From Chloroflexota bacterium (GTDB lineage Bacteria > Chloroflexota > Dehalococcoidia > DSTF01 > RBG-16-68-14): a stretch of DNA of 64,000 nucleotides. The notes under the pieces were generated by a model. The model did not search any database. It was given only the letters and a program-made list of their open reading frames with translations, and had not been told where the DNA came from. Made by a program: the position numbers and the translations under genes. How positions within the stretch are numbered: the first letter of the stretch is position 1; each line of letters starts with the position of its first letter. Below, in pieces: positions 60,026 through 64,000 of this stretch. The stretch covers positions 2,801 through 66,800 of the forward strand of contig JADFKB010000003.1 in assembly GCA_022565155.1 (NCBI GenBank). Reading direction: 5' to 3'.

Positions 60026-61870
60026 CTACTCCACCGTCACGGTCTTCGCCAGGTTGCGGGGCTGGTCCACGTCGCAGCCGCGCCAGACGGCGATGTGGTA
60101 GGCCAGCAACTGTAGCGGCACGACCGTGAGCAGCGGCAGCAGCAGCCGCGACGTCTCCGGCACCTCGATCACGTGGTCAACCGTCTTCGCCAGCTCCGTA
60201 TCGCCTTCGCTGACGACGGCGATCACGATGCCGTCGCGCGCCTTCACCTGCTCGATGTTCGAGCGCATCTTCTCGCGCATGCCGTCGCGGACGGCGATCG
60301 CCACCACCGGCATCGTCTCGTCGATTAGCGCGATCGGCCCGTGCTTCATCTCGCCCGCCGGATAGCCCTCGGCGTGGATGTAGCTCAACTCCTTCAGCTT
60401 CAGCGCCCCCTCCATCGCCACCGGGTACTGGAGGCCGCGGCCGAGGAAGAGGAAGTGGCGGTAGCGGTGAAACTCGTGGGCGAGCTGATCCAGCGCGTCC
60501 GATTTCTGCAGGACGCGGCCGAGCAGGTCCGGTATGTGGGCCAACGGCTCGATCAGCTCCGCCAGCTTCGTATCGTCCAGGCGGCCGCGTAGCTGGCCTA
60601 GTCGGCAAGCGAGCAGGTAGAGCGCGGTGATCGATGCCGTCAGCGTCTTGCTGCTCGCCACGCCGATCTCCGGCCCGCAGCGCGTGTAGAGCGTCCCCTC
60701 CGCGATGCGCGTCGACTGCGCGCCCGGCGTGTTGCAGATGGTGATCTGGGGCGAACCGGCGCGCTGCGCCTCGTGCATCGCCTCCAGCGTATCGACCGTC
60801 TCGCCCGACTGCGCGACCGAGATGACGAGCGTCTCCGGCCCGACCAGCGCGCGCCGGTAGCGAAACTCGGAGGCGTTATCGACCTCGGCCGGCAACCCGG
60901 CCAGCTCCTCGAAGTAGTGGCGGCCGACCATCGCGGCGTGGAGGCTGGTGCCCATCGCCACGAGCACGACGCGTTCTATTGATTGCAGCGTCGCGTCCGG
61001 GATTTCCAGGTCGGCCAGATCGATGGTGTCGGAATCGAATAGCACGCGGCCGCGGAATGTATCCAGCACGCACTCCGGCTGCTCCATGATCTCTTTGAGC
61101 ATGAAGTGCTTGTACGTGCCCTTCGCCGCCGCGACGGGGTCGAGCGGCACGGTCTGGGGCGACTTGTCTATCGACTGACCGTCCGCGTCCCAGTAGCGTA
61201 CGCCCTCGCGGTTCAACTCGACGATCTCGCCGTCGGCGAGGAAGGCGACGTCGCGCGTCTCAGGCAGCAACGCCGGCAGGTCGCTGGCGAGGAAGTGCTC
61301 GTTCCGGCCGTAGCCGATGACGATGCCGCCGGCGTTGCCGACGCGCGCGGCGACGATGCGGTCCGGCTGGCTTCGGGAGAAGACGACGATCGCCTGCGAG
61401 CCATCCAGGCGCTTGATCGTCCGGCGCAGCGCCTCGTGCAGATCCTCGGTCTCCTGCAGGTACATCTCGATCAGGTGGGCCAACACCTCGGTGTCTGTCT
61501 CCGAGGAGAGGCCGTGGCCCTGGGCCATCAGCTCCTGGCCCAGCTCCAGGTAGTTCTCGATGATGCCGTTATGCACCACGGCTACGTCCCCGGTGCAGTC
61601 CAGGTGCGGGTGGGCGTTCTCGTCGGAGGGCTTGCCGTGGGTGGCCCAGCGCGTGTGGGCGACGCCCACGGTGCCGGGCGGGTAGACGCCCTCCAGGCTG
61701 GCCATCAGGTTGGCCAGTTTGCCGGTGTGCTTCTTCAGGTGCAGGTTGCCGTCGCTATCGCCGACGGCGATGCCGGCGCTATCGTAGCCCCGGTACTCCA
61801 GCCGTTGCAGCCCTTCTATCAGTAGGGGCGCGGCCTCCCGCGTGCCTACGTAGCCGATGATGCCGCACAT
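60026..61870 (-). CDS. glmS: glutamine--fructose-6-phosphate aminotransferase (isomerising)
   Basis: MCGIIGYVG.. Ntn amidotransferase N-terminus, two SIS domains, C-terminal ..LAKTVTVE. Confidence 0.97.
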   Translation of the reverse strand: MCGIIGYVGTREAAPLLIEGLQRLEYRGYDSAGIAVGDSDGNLHLKKHTGKLANLMASLEGVYPPGTVGVAHTRWATHGKPSDENAHPHLDCTGDVAVVHNGIIENYLELGQELMAQGHGLSSETDTEVLAHLIEMYLQETEDLHEALRRTIKRLDGSQAIVVFSRSQPDRIVAARVGNAGGIVIGYGRNEHFLASDLPALLPETRDVAFLADGEIVELNREGVRYWDADGQSIDKSPQTVPLDPVAAAKGTYKHFMLKEIMEQPECVLDTFRGRVLFDSDTIDLADLEIPDATLQSIERVVLVAMGTSLHAAMVGRHYFEELAGLPAEVDNASEFRYRRALVGPETLVISVAQSGETVDTLEAMHEAQRAGSPQITICNTPGAQSTRIAEGTLYTRCGPEIGVASSKTLTASITALYLLACRLGQLRGRLDDTKLAELIEPLAHIPDLLGRVLQKSDALDQLAHEFHRYRHFLFLGRGLQYPVAMEGALKLKELSYIHAEGYPAGEMKHGPIALIDETMPVVAIAVRDGMREKMRSNIEQVKARDGIVIAVVSEGDTELAKTVDHVIEVPETSRLLLPLLTVVPLQLLAYHIAVWRGCDVDQPRNLAKTVTVE

Positions 61871-61984
61871 GCAGCGCTCCTTTCAGATGCCCGCAGCTAC
61901 GGCGCGCGTGTGCTGCCGCGCCACGGATGGCTGTGAAGTTAGAAGACGGTGTGTTAGTTCGCTGCCGCGGTGTAGTGGGGCAGG

Positions 61985-62138
61985 GGCGTTCCCCTGGCAC
62001 GCTGGACGGATTTTGTCAGGGACTCGCATCCCAGATTTGTACCGCCCATGACGACTGTACAGCCGGGAGGCCACCCGCCGAATGGTTCGATCGACCTCCT
62101 CCTCGTCATCCTTCCCGTATGGGAAGGACCTGGCGCTT
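61985..62138 (-). ncRNA. glmS ribozyme (GlcN6P-dependent self-cleaving riboswitch) in the glmS 5' leader
   Basis: Minus strand: A|GCGCCAGG-UCCUUCCC-AUAC-GGGAAGGA-UGACGAGGAGGAGGUCGAUCGAACCAUUCGGCGGGUGGCCUCCCGGCUG.. This matches the conserved glmS core as I recall it (AGCGCC cleavage site, GACGAGGA.GGAGGU.AUCGAA..UUCGGCGG.UG.CUCCCGGCUG). The 3' boundary is approximate. Confidence 0.85.
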
Positions 62139-62146
62139 AGGTTGCT

Positions 62147-63034
62147 CTATTGCTCCGCGGCGTCGTTCGTATCACCTCCTTGCGGCGCGAGCTTCTCTAG
62201 TCGCGCTACCACCGCGTCGATCGCGGCGTCCGGCGTCGAGGCGCCGGCCGTGACGCCGACGCGCTCTCGTCCCTCTAGCCACTCTCGCTCGATTTCATCC
62301 GCTGACTCAATCTGGTGCGCCTCTACGCCTTCTTCGCGCGCCACCGCCGCCAGATGCCTGGTATTGGCGCTCTCCCGCCCGCCGATGACGATCATTAGGT
62401 CGACCTTGTTCGCCAATTCCTGCGCTGCCGCCTGCTGGCTGGTGGTAGCGTTGCAGAGCGTGTTGATCACCCGCAGCTCGCTGATGCGGTCCATGCGCCG
62501 CTCCAAGAGCGCTCGCACAAACTCAGCGAAGTGCGCCTCCGTCTCAGTGGTCTGCGACAGCACGCCCAGCCGCGTCGGTAGTTCGTCGGGCAGTGTATCG
62601 ATCTCGGCGATGCTGGGAATGGCGTAGGCTTTGCCATCGGCCCAGCCGAGCACGCCACGCGTCTCCTTGTGGTTTGGGTCACCAAAAACGATGACCGCAA
62701 AGCCCTCTTCAGTGAGCCGCTTCGCCCACTGCTGGGAGCGCGTGACGATGGGACAGGTGGTATCGAGGACGGAGACGCCGCGGTCCTCCAGCTCCCGCAC
62801 GACCGATTCGCTGACGCCGTGCGCCGTGATGGCGACGGGCCGGTCGGTTACCTGCTCCAGCGAGGCGATGACGTCCAGTCCCTTCTCCTTCAGTTGCGCT
62901 ACCACCTGCGGGTTGTGGACAACGGAGCCGAGGCTATCGATCTCGCCCGTCTGATCCGTGGCGTCCTCCATCATCTCGACGGCGCGGCGCACGCCGAAGC
63001 AGAAGCCCATCTCGCTGGCGAGAAGAATCTCCAT
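62147..63034 (-). CDS. ispH: 4-hydroxy-3-methylbut-2-enyl diphosphate reductase
   Basis: MEILLASEMGFCFGVRRAV.., ..VHNP.V.., ..TCP.V.., ..NTLCNAT.. (three Fe-S Cys). Confidence 0.95.
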   Translation of the reverse strand: MEILLASEMGFCFGVRRAVEMMEDATDQTGEIDSLGSVVHNPQVVAQLKEKGLDVIASLEQVTDRPVAITAHGVSESVVRELEDRGVSVLDTTCPIVTRSQQWAKRLTEEGFAVIVFGDPNHKETRGVLGWADGKAYAIPSIAEIDTLPDELPTRLGVLSQTTETEAHFAEFVRALLERRMDRISELRVINTLCNATTSQQAAAQELANKVDLMIVIGGRESANTRHLAAVAREEGVEAHQIESADEIEREWLEGRERVGVTAGASTPDAAIDAVVARLEKLAPQGGDTNDAAEQ

Positions 63035-63041
63035 GACTGCT

Positions 63042-63734
63042 TTAGTATACCTTGTCTGTCTCTGCGGGCGTTGTTTCGCCTTCGAGACCGGCGTAGACGC
63101 CGCGATGCTGCGGCGGCAGCAATGCGGCGATGCGGCGCATAATCACGTCGGTCGCTGCGGCCGCGGCGTCGCCGTCGATCCGTTCGGCGGGCGGCAGGCG
63201 GAACGGCTCGCCGATTGTCAACTTCACATGCCGGATGCTGAGCGGCTTGATGAAGAGCCAGGGCCAGACGATCGTCTCGGTGCCGGTGACAGCGACCGGC
63301 AGGATCGGCGCGCCCGTCCGCAGCGCGATGAGCGCCGTGCCGGGGTGGCCTTTCGTCAGGCCGCCGGTGCGGCTGCGCGTGCCTTCCGGAAACATCACCA
63401 GCATCTTGCCCTCGTTCACCATCTCGCTCGCCGCGCGGATGGCCGAGAGGTCGGCTCCGCTCCGGCGCACAGGGAACGCTCCGAATATGCGGAACGCCGG
63501 GCCCAAGATCGGCCAGGTGATCATCTCCTGCTTGGCCATGAACATCGGGTAGCGGGGGACGCCGAGCGAGATCACCGGCGCGTCAACGTTGTTCGCGTGG
63601 TTGCTGGCCAGGATCAGCGGGCCTTCGAGCGGCACGTGCTCGCGACCGACGACCTCGAACCTGCGGATGTAGATAGTGAATAAGAACCTGGCCAGCAGGA
63701 CGATGAATCGGCGGTACGCCCGTATCAGCGACAC
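63042..63734 (-). CDS. plsC: 1-acyl-sn-glycerol-3-phosphate acyltransferase
   Basis: ..LASNHANNVDAPV.. (HxxxxD) and ..MFPEGTRS.. Confidence 0.85.
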   Translation of the reverse strand: MSLIRAYRRFIVLLARFLFTIYIRRFEVVGREHVPLEGPLILASNHANNVDAPVISLGVPRYPMFMAKQEMITWPILGPAFRIFGAFPVRRSGADLSAIRAASEMVNEGKMLVMFPEGTRSRTGGLTKGHPGTALIALRTGAPILPVAVTGTETIVWPWLFIKPLSIRHVKLTIGEPFRLPPAERIDGDAAAAATDVIMRRIAALLPPQHRGVYAGLEGETTPAETDKVY

Positions 63735-64000
63735 GGCATCGCCTCCATGATCCGCTCAACGACGTCATCGAGCGTGAGCTGATCCGTAACGATGACGACG
63801 GCATCGTCCGCCGGTCGCAGCGGCGAGGCTGCGCGCCCGCTGTCGATCTCGTCTCGTAGCGCCAACTCCTTCCGCACCTCCTCCAGCGTCTCGTCTCTGC
63901 CCACGGCCAGCAGCTCCTGGCGGCGGCGGCGCACTCGCTCCTCCGACGATGCGTCCAGGTAGATCTTCAGCGGCGCGTCCGGCAGCACGACCGTGCCGAT
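63725..64000 (-). CDS. cmk: cytidylate kinase, C-terminal part (N-terminus beyond the window end)
   Basis: ..LPDAPLKIYLDASSEERVRRR..EEVRKELALRDEIDSGRAASPLRPADDAVVI.. The frame stays open to position 64000. Confidence 0.85.
   Translation of the reverse strand: MGTVVLPDAPLKIYLDASSEERVRRRRQELLAVGRDETLEEVRKELALRDEIDSGRAASPLRPADDAVVIVTDQLTLDDVVERIMEAMPCR

Overview
High-G+C bacterial chromosome segment, about two-thirds G+C by eye. Gene content (glmS ribozyme, CysO/Mec sulfur-carrier route, F420-type LLM oxidoreductase, split b6-type cytochrome b) suggests a Chloroflexota/Thermomicrobia-like or actinobacteria-like organism, but that is only a guess. Most of the window is core metabolism. It holds a large sulfate-assimilation and cysteine supercluster (sir-cysH-cysC-sat-transporter-rrf2-cysK-Ubl/E1-cysO-cysM-mec) followed by folP-folK. 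It also holds purF-purM-purH, a cytochrome bc-type operon, tRNA-Thr/Tyr/Thr-tuf-rpmG-secE-nusG-rplK-rplA, ppdK, glmS with its ribozyme, and ispH-plsC-cmk. Two parts look accessory. (1) 48.2-54.2 kb is a rearranged mercury/thiophilic-metal island with ArsR-type regulators, core MerA, a CxxC membrane protein, a secreted repeat protein and rhodanese-CBS genes. It carries several internal duplications, chimeric remnants and a rhodanese interrupted by in-frame TGA codons at the catalytic-Cys position, conserved in two diverged copies. (2) A visibly low-G+C SIR2_2-type gene sits 5 nt downstream of glmS. Other points of note are a ubiquitin-like sulfur carrier fused to its E1, a cytochrome c-repeat-cupredoxin fusion, two unannotated tandem desulforedoxin-like mini-ORFs, a frameshifted FAD oxidase, a cyclase gene bracketed by direct repeats, and a REP-like family of intergenic palindromes. 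I saw no CRISPR array, rRNA, transposase or integrase. Many long ORFs in the track are antisense shadows of real genes, as is typical of GC-rich DNA.
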